Shown here piece by piece: positions 35,982 through 49,100 of a stretch of DNA of 64,000 nucleotides. The stretch is from Paraphysomonas bandaiensis (taxonomy: Eukaryota > Protista > Chrysophyceae): the NCBI GenBank assembly GCA_965644295.1, contig CBFFRP010000440.1, forward strand, positions 11,032 to 75,031. Direction: 5' to 3'. The notes below the pieces were generated by a model. It was not told where the DNA came from. It saw nothing but the letters and a program-made list of their open reading frames with translations, and did no database searches. The position numbers and the translations under genes are program-made. Positions within the stretch are counted from its first letter, which is position 1. The number at the start of each line of letters is the position of its first letter.

Positions 35982-38896
35982 TCAAACTTCTTCCACAGAA
36001 TCTCCTGTCAAACCTCTTGTACCGTCGGGCACATGCTGCACTTCGTCCTGTGCTGAAAAGCGTGGGATGAACTGGGGAAGCGGACTTCGATGATCCGCAA
36101 TACAATTTGGACTACCCGGCGATGCGGAGGAGCTCCGACGAGAAGATGGAGAGAGAAAGGAAAAAAGTGGCACAATATTGCCGGATTCTGTGGGCGAAAT
36201 ATTAGCATCTGCAATTGATCGTCGAGATGCCACTTTTTGCAAAAGGTTGGTCCGACGTAGAATATCTTCCTCATTTGCAGAGTTGGGAAATATTAGGCGG
36301 TGGATCTCCGTCATACTTAAGGTACCGCTCCGATCTTTGTCGATTTCTTGGAATATGAGAGTGAACTTTCGGTCACTATAATGTAGATGAAGAGCACCCA
36401 ACATATCACGAAACTCCGATGTACTTATATAGCCACTATAATCAGAATCAATTTCCTCAAACAAATCTCTGAGAATCTGAGAAGAAATATCGTTTAATAC
36501 AAGCAGTAGAGTGAGCTGTAAAACAACATACAACAAAACCACAAGGCGATTTCGCACCTGCTTTTGCTCTAGTTCACTTCCACGAATACGTTTCAACACT
36601 TTTCTTCTTAGCTCATCAACAAGGACTTTTCTATCTTCTTCATCTTCCAGTATCATACCTGTGATGATATTACATGTGAATATTTGCCATACATACATAT
36701 TGGCCACATACTTTTGCCAACACCATACACACATTTAACACAGTATCCAAATTATTACTACGGCATGCACACAAATATACTATAATTTACACATACCGAT
36801 TATATTCATATCCAGCTCCGCAATAGCTTCAAGCAATGACGCATCTTTAACAATCTCCCCGATACATGGTAACACGATGGCTATAGGGATCAGCATAATG
36901 ATCTGCCACAGCAAGGAGTTGGAGATATATACATCAACCACAGTGATAAAATTCGTAATCCAGAGAGATAAATAAAGGGAGTTCAGCATGATCGCAACTT
37001 CTACTGATAAACTATATAGCTTTGGACTGTGGAACAAATAAATTTCACTGAAGTCTTCTTTGACTTTAAAACCCTTTTTATCATTTCTAGCACTTCTTCC
37101 CTGTGTAGTAAATATTAACTCGCCTCGCTGTGATTGGCTCGCCTTTTTCAGTCGAAATTGCTCCACAACAGTCAGGATCTCGGGCGATATATTTGCTTTG
37201 ATATGAGAACGTCGACGCCGTTGAGCGTAATTAGGCTGCTTTGTAGAGTTTGTTCTTCGAATAACATTAGGCGGTGACTCGTTATCGTCATCAGGGCAGC
37301 TACTGAGAGAACTGGAGAGACGAAAAATCATATTACTTCGGCGAGATGCAGCCGCAGAGAGACGACCCACACTCGCTTCATCGCTCACTGACAAACACAG
37401 TTAGAACACATAGATGGAGCTCATCAGAACAGAATAAAAGAAATCAGAGTACTACAATTGTCAGCATTCAATACCTTTTGTTCCCTTCGCTAAATTGACA
37501 AAGTTCGTATACGCTGAAACCTTTTTGAATGCTTTTTTCCACAACAAAGCTGCGTGAGACTCGTTTTCGGGAGCCACATTGCTCTGCATCGCTCGCATTT
37601 GGTCCACCTGGGTTTTGAAATTTGATGTAGACTCATGTCGGTCAATAGCGGTCTCTGGAGTGTCGGACTCAGAATTTTGCAGAACCTCTAAACGTCTCTT
37701 CTCGTTCTGTGCACACACAGAGAGTTAGTTCGAATAGGAAACAAGGTTATCCCCACCGGGATTTTCATGTGGGCATTACAAGAACGATACGACATCACTG
37801 ATAAATATACTAATATAACACACTACTTCATACTTATATTCTTAAATGTACAGCAACATACGAATAGCAGTGGAAAATAATTGGACCATTCTCACAACCG
37901 TACATTACACCTCACAGAAGTACACACCTCAAGAAGAGCTCCTTCCTCAAAAGTAAGAAACTCCTCGTACTCATCTGGTCCATTGACGCCAACACGAGTC
38001 ATTAGCCGTTCTCCATATACGCGGCCCACAACCAATAAACCCAATGTATAGAGTACAAGCATGCCCCCACATATCATATACAACTGGAGATGTTGTTTAT
38101 GACATTCTACCGCTATCGTGGTCAGACTTCGACGTGCGGCATAGTTATATTCGTCCAGTATATCATTATTTACATTGTCGTTTCGGTCTCTACTTATATA
38201 TTTCGAGCAATTACCGAAATCTAAATGTAAATACTTCACGCGACTGTAATTTAGCACCGCCAATAATATCATAACTGCCCAGCTTGATATATTGATATTG
38301 ATCATCTTCGACGAGAACTTAGATAAGCAGTGACTCAAATACATGCCGTAGTCAAATCCCGATGGTATGGAATATGTATCACGAAACAGGGAGTAAATAA
38401 TTTTAAACTCCACATTCCGAAGAGGAGTAGGGACATATAAATAGCGCAGAAATATAAGAACCCTCTGGAACGGATTTGTTGTGGCATCAATGAATGAATT
38501 AAGGCAGTCCGCAACAGACATCTCGTGCAAAACCACATAACGAGATTCCATTACAATAGAGATAAACATTATAAAGAGTGCATGGGCCACGAAAAAAATT
38601 GCTACAAAGAATAAAATAAAACCAATAATGTCGGCAATATTTATCGCTTCTGTGGCATCTTCTGATAATTTGTGAGAGGCTGTGTACATCGCTAATATCA
38701 GAGTCACGAACCCCATAATCATGAGCTCTTTATATATCTTCTGAAGCATTCCGTTATACACAGTTGAGTGCTTGACACTCCGTTCCACAATCTTCGTCAG
38801 AGATTCCATAGCCAGCATAAACAGAACAGTCACAATGAAGGCCAAGGTTGCGATGTCGATATCGATGTTGCTGAGCCTTCCAAAAGAAAAGGCCAT
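35982..38896 (-). CDS. MLO: MLO-family multi-pass membrane protein with a C-terminal EF-hand pair (multi-exon)
   Basis: MLQKIYKELMIMGFVTLIL, FILFFVAIFFV, GFDYGMYLSHCLSKFSSKMININISSW and EIYLFHSPKLYSLSVEVAIMLNSLYL match MLO blocks ([43 protein letters not shown]; FWFxRP...QNAF). EF loops DSDYSGYISTSE and DKDRSGTLSMTE. ATG at 38896. Confidence 0.85.
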
Positions 38897-39150
38897 TTCT
38901 TCCTCTTCTTTACTACAGCAGAACGACAAACATCAGGAAGCACTCATATATACATATGAACGTATGAAGCTCAACCCTATCAATGTTTACTATACATATA
39001 CACTATAGATAATCAAGCACATCTACTTGTGTACTGTGAGCAGTGGTGGGATCGGTACAGATAGCGTAACGATCCCTTCCCTCAACACCAACAGCTGTCG
39101 GTCCATTTAAATACACACCTCCACAGGTCATCGTCACATATATAATCCTT

Positions 39151-39330
39151 ATGCTCTTCCCTAGACCAATCATAGAGCAGAAACGATTAATGATTGGATC
39201 ACAAAAAGCAGATGGAACATTGGCTCCAACAAGTTCATGTCCAAAATGGGAGACCATCCCATCGCATTTCAGCGGGAGTAGGAAGGACATACTGTATGTA
39301 TGTATGTATGTATGTATGTATGTATGTATG

Positions 39331-39364
<34 letters not shown>

Positions 39365-39922
39365 TGTATGTATGTATGTATGTATGTATGTATGTATGTA
39401 TGTATGTATGTATGTATGTATGTATGTATGTATGTATGTATGTATGTATGTATGTATGTATGTATGTATGTATGTATGTATGTATGTATGTATGTATGTA
39501 TGTATGTATGTATGTATGTATGTATGTATGTATGTATGTATGTATGTATGTATGTATGTATGTATGTATGTATGTATGTATGTATGTATGTATGTATGTA
39601 TGTATGTATGTATGTATGTATGTATGTATGTATGTATGTATGTATGTATGTATGTATGTATGTATGTATGTATGTATGTATGTATGTATGTATGTATGTA
39701 TGTATGTATGTATGTATGTATGTATGTATGTATGTATGTATGTATGTATGTATGTATGTATGTATGTATGTATGTATGTATGTATGTATGTATGTATGTA
39801 TGTATGTATGTATGTATGTATGTATGTATGTATGTATGTATGTATGTATGTATGTATGTATGTATGTATGTATGTATGTATGTATGTATGTATGTAGGTA
39901 TGTATGTAGTTCTTAATGTATG

Positions 39923-39956
<34 letters not shown>

Positions 39957-41293
39957 TGTATGTATGTATGTATGTATGTATGTATGTATGTATGTATGTA
40001 TGTATGTATGTATGTATGTATGTATGTATGTATGTATGTATGTATGTATGTATGTATGTATGTATGTATGTATGTATGTATGTATGTATGTATGTATGTA
40101 TGTATGTATGTATGTATGTATGTATGCATGTATGTATGTACGTATGTATGTATGTATGCATGCATGTATGTATGTATGTATGTATGTATGTATGTATGTA
40201 TGTATGTATGTATGTATGTATGTATGTATGTATGTATGTATGTATGTATGTATGCATGTATGTATGTATGTATGCATGTATGCATGTATGTATGTATGTA
40301 TGCATGTATGTATGTATGTATGTATGTATGTATGTATGTATGTATGTATGTATGTATGTATGTATGCATGTATGTATGTATGTATGTATGTATGTATGTA
40401 TGTATGTATGTATGTATGTATGTATGTATGTATGTATGTATGTATGTATGTATGTATGTATGTATGTATGTATGTATGTATGTATGTATGTATGTATGTA
40501 TGTATGTATGTATGTATGTATGTATGTATGTATGTATGTATGTATGTATGTATGTGTATGTATGTATGTATGTATGTATGTATGTATGTATGTATGTATG
40601 TATGTATGTATGTATGTATGTATGTATGTATGTATGTATGTATGTATGTATGTATGTATGTATGTATGTATGTATGTATGTATGTATGTATGTATGTATG
40701 TATGTATGTATGTATGTATGTATGTATGTATGTATGTATGTATGTATGTATGTATGTATGTATGTATGTATGTATGTATGTATGTATGTATGTATGTATG
40801 TATGTATGTATGTATGTATGTATGTATGTATGTATGTATGTATGTATGTATGTATGTATGTATGTATGTATGTATGTATGTATGTATGTATGTATGTATG
40901 TATGTATGTATGTATGTATGTATGTATGTATGTATGTATGTATGTATGTATGTATGTATGTATGTATGTATGTATGTATGTATGTATGTATGTATGTATG
41001 TATGTATGTATGTATGTATGTATGTATGTATGTATGTATGTATGTATGTATGTATGTATGTATGTATGTATGTATGTATGTATGTATGTATGTATGTATG
41101 TATGTATGTATGTATGTATGTATGTATGTATGTATGTATGTATGTATGTATGTATGTATGTATGTATGTATGTATGTATGTATGTATGTATGTATGTATG
41201 TATGTATGTATGTATGTATGTATGTATGTATGTATGTATGTATGTATGTGTATGTATGTATGTATGTATGTATGTATGTATGTATGTATGTAC

Positions 41294-41324
<31 letters not shown>

Positions 41325-43073
41325 TGTATGTATGTATGTATGTATGTATGTATGTACAGGTATTTTTGTTATCGGTAGGTACACCAGAGCGGTACAGCTG
41401 GAATCTAGGGCGGGGCTGGTTGTGCGATATGTGTGTCTATAGCTTGTTCCAGTCTTCGCCACATGGGCACACCTCTGATCTGATCAAGACTAAGGTGCAA
41501 GTGGATGGGTTCCGATGAAAGTGTACCTGTGGACTGTAGAGTATCTTCAGTATCAGGCCTGACTGCTGATTCCAATCAGTGTTACTTTCGATGTCAGTTA
41601 TTCTGGCAGGATCTGCAGTCGTGGCATATCGCCGACGCCTCCTTAGAATTCAAGATGAATTTTTCCAGTGGTGTGAATCGGGCTCGCTATGTTTGTGATG
41701 TAGACTTAGATAACGGCCCCGCAGACAGACTGCAGAATGCAATAAAGGCCGCCACTGTGATTGTTGCTGATTCTGAAGGAAAAGATGATAAAGACGCCAT
41801 TACGATCCGTTTGATGCAGGCAACTACTTGGAATGATGCCGAACAAGTTGCTTATTTGCTGCGCTCTTGTTATGTCACAGAATCGTCAGCCTTACCAGCA
41901 CTGGCGGAGGCTTGTCGCAGTGGTGCCACTGATTGTGTAGAAGTTTTCCTTTCTTCTGGAGTGTCGCCATGTGCTTCAATTCCAAGTCCTTTTATTGGTG
42001 GTAAAAATGCACTACATATTGCGTGTGAAAATTGTCAAGAGGCGTGCGCTAGTATTCTTGTTACAGCGCTGGGGTGTGCAGCTGATGCTTACATGACGTG
42101 TGGTTCATCCGGTCTCACGGCCTTTGACATTCTTCGAGAAAATGATTGTCACGGTATGGCACGCAGACTAGAGGCTCAGGTGAAAAACTTGTTTTGTCTG
42201 CCTTCTTTACCGAGTGGTACGAGTTCCCCTGATCTGTCACATTCCGTTCTGACTCTGTCAACTGGATGTGGTGCATTCGCCGTTATTCACCCTCCTTCTG
42301 GCTACAAGTTACAAGTTTACTACTACAAGTCAAGTGAATACAATGGTAGCGCCCCACCTATTTTTATATTTCATGGTAATGGCCGCGATGCCGGGGGTTT
42401 GCTCGAGTCTTGGATCAGAATAATTGGGAATCGTCCCTGGCTAGTTCTTGCGCCCTTGTTTAGCGAAGAGGACTTCCCAGGGTCTGAACGTTACATTCTG
42501 GGCAATATAAGTAACGCTGCGACTATAAATGACCAATCGGAGTGGAGCATTCAGATTCCTGACTATATCTTTAACTACATGAGAGATTCGGGTTTGACTA
42601 GGGCGCAGGGCTATATTGCCTTTGGACACAGCGCTGGAGCGCAGTTTTTGCATCGCCAGGTCGCACTTGTGAGTAATAGCAGCAGACTTGCTGCTATCGT
42701 TGCTAATGCCGGCTGGTATACAATCCCAGATGCCGACGAGACATGGCCATACGGTCTGGGTCTTGATGGCCTTGTTTTAGATGATATACTTCCAAGATTC
42801 TTATCGTCGAGAGTGATACTATTGCTCGGAGGTGCTGATACCGACAGAGATGATCCTGTGTTACGAAAAACATGTAAAGCTATGAAACAGGGCGTATGTC
42901 GGCTCGATCGTGGCAAATACTTTTATAAATGTGGTAGTCGAATGGCCAATGTGCTTGATGTGCCATTCGGGTGGATTTGTGAAGTGGTGCCCGGAGTTGG
43001 CCACTGTCAGTACGAAATGGGAGAGGCAGCACTGAAATATATAGTAGATATAATTCGGAATCATACAGTTTAA
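39151..43073 (+). CDS. Ankyrin-repeat + alpha/beta-hydrolase fusion (poly(aspartate) hydrolase PahZ1-like). Proposed exons 39151-39293, 41360-41374, 41443-41494, 41580-43073
   Basis: Ankyrin motifs ALAEACRSGATDCVEVFL and GKNALHIACENCQ. Hydrolase motifs FHGNGRDA, FGHSAGAQFLHR, ANAGWYTIP, LLGGADTD, VPGVGH. The proposed GT-AG junctions keep one frame; the 5' exons are less certain than the last exon. Confidence 0.8.
39294..41356. repeat. ~2.06-kb (GTAT)n microsatellite
   Basis: Nearly perfect array with one interruption at 39896-39917 and scattered GCAT/GTAC variants. Confidence 0.99.
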
Positions 43074-43619
43074 TATTTTGCGATTCGTTACTGGTGATGG
43101 TAGGGTGTGTATGTATATTTAAGCTTTTCGGCGTACAACTAATGCATGGTGTGTAAATGTTAGCAGTTTTGACTTAAGGGAAGAAGTTTTGCTTAAATTG
43201 AGTTGAAGGTTGCACAATCCCTAATTGCACTCGCGTTATTTTTGTTTTACCTAGCACAGTACACTGAATTTAGTGAATAAATAAATGCGTAACAATTAAT
43301 AGTCAATTATGGCATTGCAATAAAATAGAAATTGGGACAGCATATAATATTTGATCAAATACTTGTGTTCAATTGTTGCAATTAATTGGAATATGTTAAT
43401 ACCATCAATTTGGGTGCGTATATTAGCTACTACATAATCACAAACGGTACAAACGTACAGACCAGAGACTGGTAACTGGTAACCATTAATGGTAGTCCAG
43501 TTCCCGGCAATTAAAATGGCCACTAAATGCCATTAATAATTCAGTAGATAATACCGCTCATAACAGATAGTGTGATGCACCCTTAATTACTAATTTAGTT
43601 AAATAACAGACTACGAATC

Positions 43620-44950
43620 TGAACTATTTTGCAGGGCTTCATGGAGAGTGTAAGCATCCCACAACATGTAATTGGCTCGTAGGAATAGCAAAGATTCTCT
43701 AGACAATACGGATTCATGTTTCTACGCTCAGGTGGGTGTCATAATCAACTTTGCATGACCACAGAGCCTCTCAACCACAACATTCGATATGAAGCAAGCA
43801 GCGGTAGTTGGACTCATATCGGTACCAAGTCAGCTCTCATGCTATCCTCACATGCTCCCGTCCACATTCCTATTAATACAGATTGTAAGCCAGTGTGTAT
43901 GAGAACTGAGGAAGCCCTCTCCAAGACATCGTGCTAAAAAGGGGTCTTCCTCTAGAGGGCGCGAGAGCCAAGATGTGCACCACGACTCTTAATAGGGTTC
44001 GCTCACACCCTGAAAGGCGCACGACTGACGAAACGCTATGAACACATGTAGACACAGGAATTTACGTAGCAGACGCGGTTGCAGGTGGTGACTGGTTGAA
44101 GGTTGAACGTATGATAGGCCGTAACAAGTGTACTTTCGGTAAAATTTCGTCCGGAATATGGCACTGGCGTCTGTCCAGAACACGCCGGCCGTATATTACC
44201 CACCCCATGATCACTGATTTTCAATCTCGTCGTAATCAATGGACTTTAGAGAATTAAACTGCGCTCCGTGAGCAACTCTACGGTCATATTCTGGAGCGTG
44301 TACCTGGATACAGGAAAGAGAGCGGTGTCTTGCTTCCGCACAAACTATATCTGGCAGATCGCGGTAGATCCAAGGTTAAGGACAGTTCACAACTACGACT
44401 GCACATATATTATACTCAATACGGCCCTGACATGGGACAAATCCTTCAGCATTAGTAGGAATAGGGCTAAAACAAAATTTGGACTCGACTTGAACAAAGC
44501 CAGATGCTCTGACTGTGGCTTTCGACTTGACTCTTCTCTCAAATGCATGTTGTGTCTTGATTGCCCACACGCCTCCGTCTCTCAGATATCGAGAATCCGC
44601 CTTTCAGAGACACAAGAAGAAGTGTCTTCGGGAACTTCTACGAGACCCAACCGTACCCCCTTTCTCAAGAAACTCTCCAGCAGTGCCTGGAATGCCCCAC
44701 TCCAGCAGGTTGAACGATTCTGGACAGGAACTATCACCGATGCTCAATGGAAAGCGTTTCTGGAGCACAATACAACTGCACCTTTAAATCGCATGGACCT
44801 CGTGCCCTCGAAATAGCAGTTGTTACCCTTCTTCAACCGCATTATGCTGCAGCCAAACAAATGCTCCAGGATTGCAGTTGTCATCATGCTATCACACCTA
44901 TGGGGTCACATCGACTCCCCCCCAGACCACATCCTGCTTTCCCCTTTCAC
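43620..44950 (+). mobile_element. Decayed 3' part of a non-LTR retrotransposon (RNase H + CCHC-type zinc finger)
   Basis: INTDCK, RVRSHPERR and GIYVADAVAGGDW (RNase H motifs); CSDCG...DS...CLDCPH zinc finger; ERFWTGT; ends HRLPP. Stops and frameshifts present. Confidence 0.75.
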
Positions 44951-44961
44951 CCTTAACACCT

Positions 44962-45875
44962 TTACCCCCATGCTTGTGCGGCCATATGCGGTATATTAGA
45001 TCTGTAGGTTAAACAAATCGCATACACCAAACTTCTTTTTGTATGCATCAATAGCAGGACGATGGTGATGAGTACCTCGTCGACATATCGTGTGTATGCA
45101 TTGCTCATAGCAGTCCTAATCTTAGCATCTTTTTGGCCATGCTGTGGCTTAGCATAGTACAGAACAATTATCTTGTCCGTAGTCTTATTATAAACACCAG
45201 CAAAGTCCCCCACCTTGCGTATCTTCTTTAACATTTCAGTTTGAAGTTTGAATCGATTAGGGTTGACGGCTCCAATGTACTTAACGTTTTGTCGATTCAA
45301 GAATTCCCTAGTTGAGCTAGAATGGTAAAACAAGTCAGAGACTAGCAATGTATCGACATCTTTGTCCGCATATGGCACTTCTAATACATGCCGACACCAC
45401 ATTTGTACCACTTGAGAACCGGAAATGACCCTTCGTCTAATTTATTAACACCATATAGGCATAAATGCAACACGTAGGACAAACTATTGGACAAAATTGA
45501 TGCTAGCTGATAGAACCACAGCCCCACTCTATCAGGCTTGCTAAGAGCCACACGGACATTATCACTTTCACCAAAAAAGCAAAGCAATTTTTCGTCCCCT
45601 GCAACATAGGTACCAATGTGTCTGACAATACTGATGAAATTAGCTGACAACTCTTCCAGATACGTGCTATCAACCAGAAAATGAGACAAAATAAGTTCAC
45701 ACCCAACGATTCCTAATGTCTTGACGAGGTATTTCTCCTCGAAATATTTCTTGAACGCCTTGACTTGAAGAAGTTTCTCGTGCGCTTCTTTTTGGTCCCT
45801 TTCGTGCGCTTTTGACTTGCTCCTGAAACCATTTTTAGTTGTCAGCAAGTGGCAATTAATGTCAATTACCTGCAT
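44962..45875 (-). pseudogene. piggyBac-like transposase relic
   Basis: VAGDEKLLCFFG...SKPDRVGLWFY, LLVSDLFYHSS...YIGAVNPNR and PAIDAYKKKFGVCDLFN give the three catalytic Asp regions. Frameshifted, and cut off at the LINE relic. Confidence 0.8.
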
Positions 45876-46139
45876 TTTAAATTTATATTGAATTGACTGA
45901 TCAGCAGTGCAGATGCAAGTGTCACAAGTGTTGAGATGTTTTAACAGATACAGGTTTTTGCAGTTGGTACAACAAAATCCCGTACCTATCCTATGAGAGG
46001 GGACAAAAAAACGAAGAAAAAGAAGCTACTTGTGGGTAGCCCTAATTGATAACTCTAACCCTAATCGAATAATATGTCGTATTGTTATTATTTAGTCAGT
46101 TAATTCTCAAAACAAAAACTACTTGTTGATGCATATCGC

Positions 46140-49100
46140 TTATACAATACTGTTGACGTAATCACGAGCTTTCTGCCTCACTATTTCTTGTTCATGTTCT
46201 GATCCGTGCGTCAGCTCGAAATTTAGATACTTCTTGAAAACAGACTTGATATTCTTGGAACTTATCTTGAGAGTGATCATGCGAGAAAATATTCTGCGAG
46301 CTGCGTCATAATTCTTGTATTTGATTTCTTTGTCAACGAACACATTCCATATATCCGTGCGCTTGGGATAACTGAAGATAATGTTAACATCAATCACACA
46401 CTTGGTTTTCAAGTACATACCTCATCAGCAAGTCTTCGAACACCTCACGTCCCCTTTCAAACCTTCCTAATTCAAACTCCAATGATGCATATTGCAATAT
46501 AACTTCGATGTGTTTGTGCTTTGACAACGACAACATGGACCGATTCAGCAGCGAACGGGCTTCCTTATCTCTCCCGCCACGCTGCTCAAAGTGTTGATAC
46601 GCCATCCACACCTACACACATACCTGTAAAAAGTAACAAATAATACAATTATAATTTCTCACTTTTTTGCTTGTTTTGTGTTTTTTCAACGTTTTCTCAA
46701 ACATTTCACGAGCCCCGTCAACATCGCCACTTTTTTCATACAATTCGGCCAAATGAAGATGCAAATACTTGCTCTATGAAACAGTTAGAAGCGATGACAT
46801 AAAAATATCCTTCTTACCTTGCTTTCAGATATCGCTCGTCTAAATAAAGTTGCCAAACTATCAGTCGTTCCAAACTTATGTTCCATATTTAGAAGTGCTA
46901 TCCAAACATTGTATTTCTCCTATAGAACAAATTAGAACCGATTTCACAGTATATAGACTCGTTGCAACCTCTTCCTCTCTGAAGCCGATAGTTCTAATAG
47001 CTCGCAAACCAACTGCTCTGGCGGCATGTACATCAGCTGAAAGTAGATGAAACGACATGTATTGTATCCATAGCAACGACGAATTCGGCTCGGTTATTAG
47101 CAGTCTCTCAAAGTCCTCGGGCGAACCGGGCTCATCTGTACCAGTAGCAATCGCATTCTTAACAAAAAGTTAAGACAAATTATGAGATAAATAAAAGTAT
47201 GCACCTCTCGTTTCCTGATCTCCTCTTCCGCTTTCAGTGCATCTGCCGGGCGTCTCTTCTTGCCTTTCTTCTTCCCGGTGGCATCATCATTACTTTCATC
47301 ACAGCTAGTTGCAGAGTCGTTATCCGATTCCTCATTTTCCGATTGTGCACCAGACAATGTAGAGGGTTTAAACGAGTCTCCCCAGTCCAGCATCATAGGA
47401 CCGGATTCATTATCATCATCTAATGGAACCAGATCTTTAGCACTGCTAGATGGTATGTTTGTAGACAATGGCTCCACTTTCGCCCGTTTACTCTGTTGAA
47501 CAACCTCACCCCCATCATCAGAGTCCGAATCTTCTCCTGAATCATCACTCTGTTTATCTTCTGAATTATCATCCAATGATTCTTCTTCATCCGAGCTTGC
47601 AACTTCATCAGCCTCATCACCACTTTCACTTTTTAAGGATGCTTGCCTAATTATAGCCTGAACCTCTCGTTCATCCTCGCTGTCCGAGTCACCATCTACG
47701 AGAACGATACCCTCTTCGTCAACATCCTCTTCCATATCACTACTAGTATCCTCTACATCTGACTCATCAGAACTCTCACCCTTCGTATCATTGAAACAGG
47801 AGGGCTTCAAACCGAGTGCTATCTTGTGGCCAGAAACACCGAGAATAACAGCACGTACACGATCTCCCACGTCATACACGTCATTCAAGTCATCAGATAA
47901 AGATTCAACTGCCATTGGCTTCCGACAAAGCCCAATGAGAGAAGAGTTTTCAATAGTTACGAAGACACCGAAGTCGGTAATGCGGTGTACGCGACCAGCT
48001 ATGACGTCACCAGGGGAGAGTGACTCGATTTCACGCTGTGAATCTTCACCTAATACCACGGAGCCACGAAGGCTTAGACTCACCTGTATCATTCCCGATA
48101 CAGATGGCTCTGATACTGACAAAACCCGGGCGGTAACTAACTTACCAGGGGGATATGATGCAATAGGAGAGTGTACATACTCATCAGATAGATCCTTCAG
48201 CAAAACGCGGCCAGTAACAGATGATGACAACCTCAAAAAACACCCCTTCGACGATGTGTTAGCAACGTATGCTTGAACTGTTGACCCTACAACAGGAACG
48301 CTATCAGGTCGTATAGAAGCCTTTTTGGAGGAAGAATTCTACATTAAAAGATTAATGAAATAGGTTACTCCATTTTTACTATACTTACCACTCTTGATGG
48401 TCGCATTGACAGTTCAATGGGGGCATGGGAGTCAGGCACGCAAACAACCCGGCACTTCACAATATCTCCGTGTTTTGGCCCGGCAGCAGAATCTCTATCG
48501 TCGGTAATGACTGCGCTCTCCGTGGAGTGCACGCTGCTGGCGCTAGTTGTACTATCACTGCGTGGACGCTTTGAAGCACTCCTACCTCCATTGTCAGAAA
48601 ATAGGGCAGAGTAGTCGGCCTTCCAATCCCCAACATCAGCAATTTCAGTCACACAAACACGTCCTGTTCTATTATGGGCTACATTGATATATATTACTGG
48701 AGTATCGTAATTAATACATAATACATACCTAGTAAGATACTCAACGCTGGAGGTTTCTGTACATTGATGCTTGATTTCAGGTCAACAATGCCTGTAATCA
48801 CGCTACCAGCTTTCACAGTTTTTGACTCTACAGTTCCTCCTACAGCTTCTATTGTGACATTCTTCGAGAGATCAATAATGGTAGATCCCGAGGCTGCATC
48901 TTCAACAACCAAACGACTAATTGTTACAGAACTACGACCTCCAATTGTCTTCACAGAAGTCACAGCAACTACTATTCTCATTCCCACGTAACAAAATAGT
49001 TGAAATTTCTTGATCAATGCAATGTCAGATGATATGTCCAACATATTAAGGTTGCACGACACATAAGGACTCAGAGCAACAGTACATTTGGCATTGTCGA

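Noticed and set aside
39003-41518. Long YVCM/HTYI-repeat ORFs of 240-819 aa
   Set aside because: Artefacts of the stop-free (GTAT)n microsatellite, open in most frames on both strands.
41495-41540. Possible selenocysteine read-through (GFR-TGA-KC)
   Set aside because: The TGA falls inside a well-formed intron (AAG|GTGCAA...AATCAG|, 41495-41579) that restores the frame. No SECIS was identified and another stop follows within a few codons.
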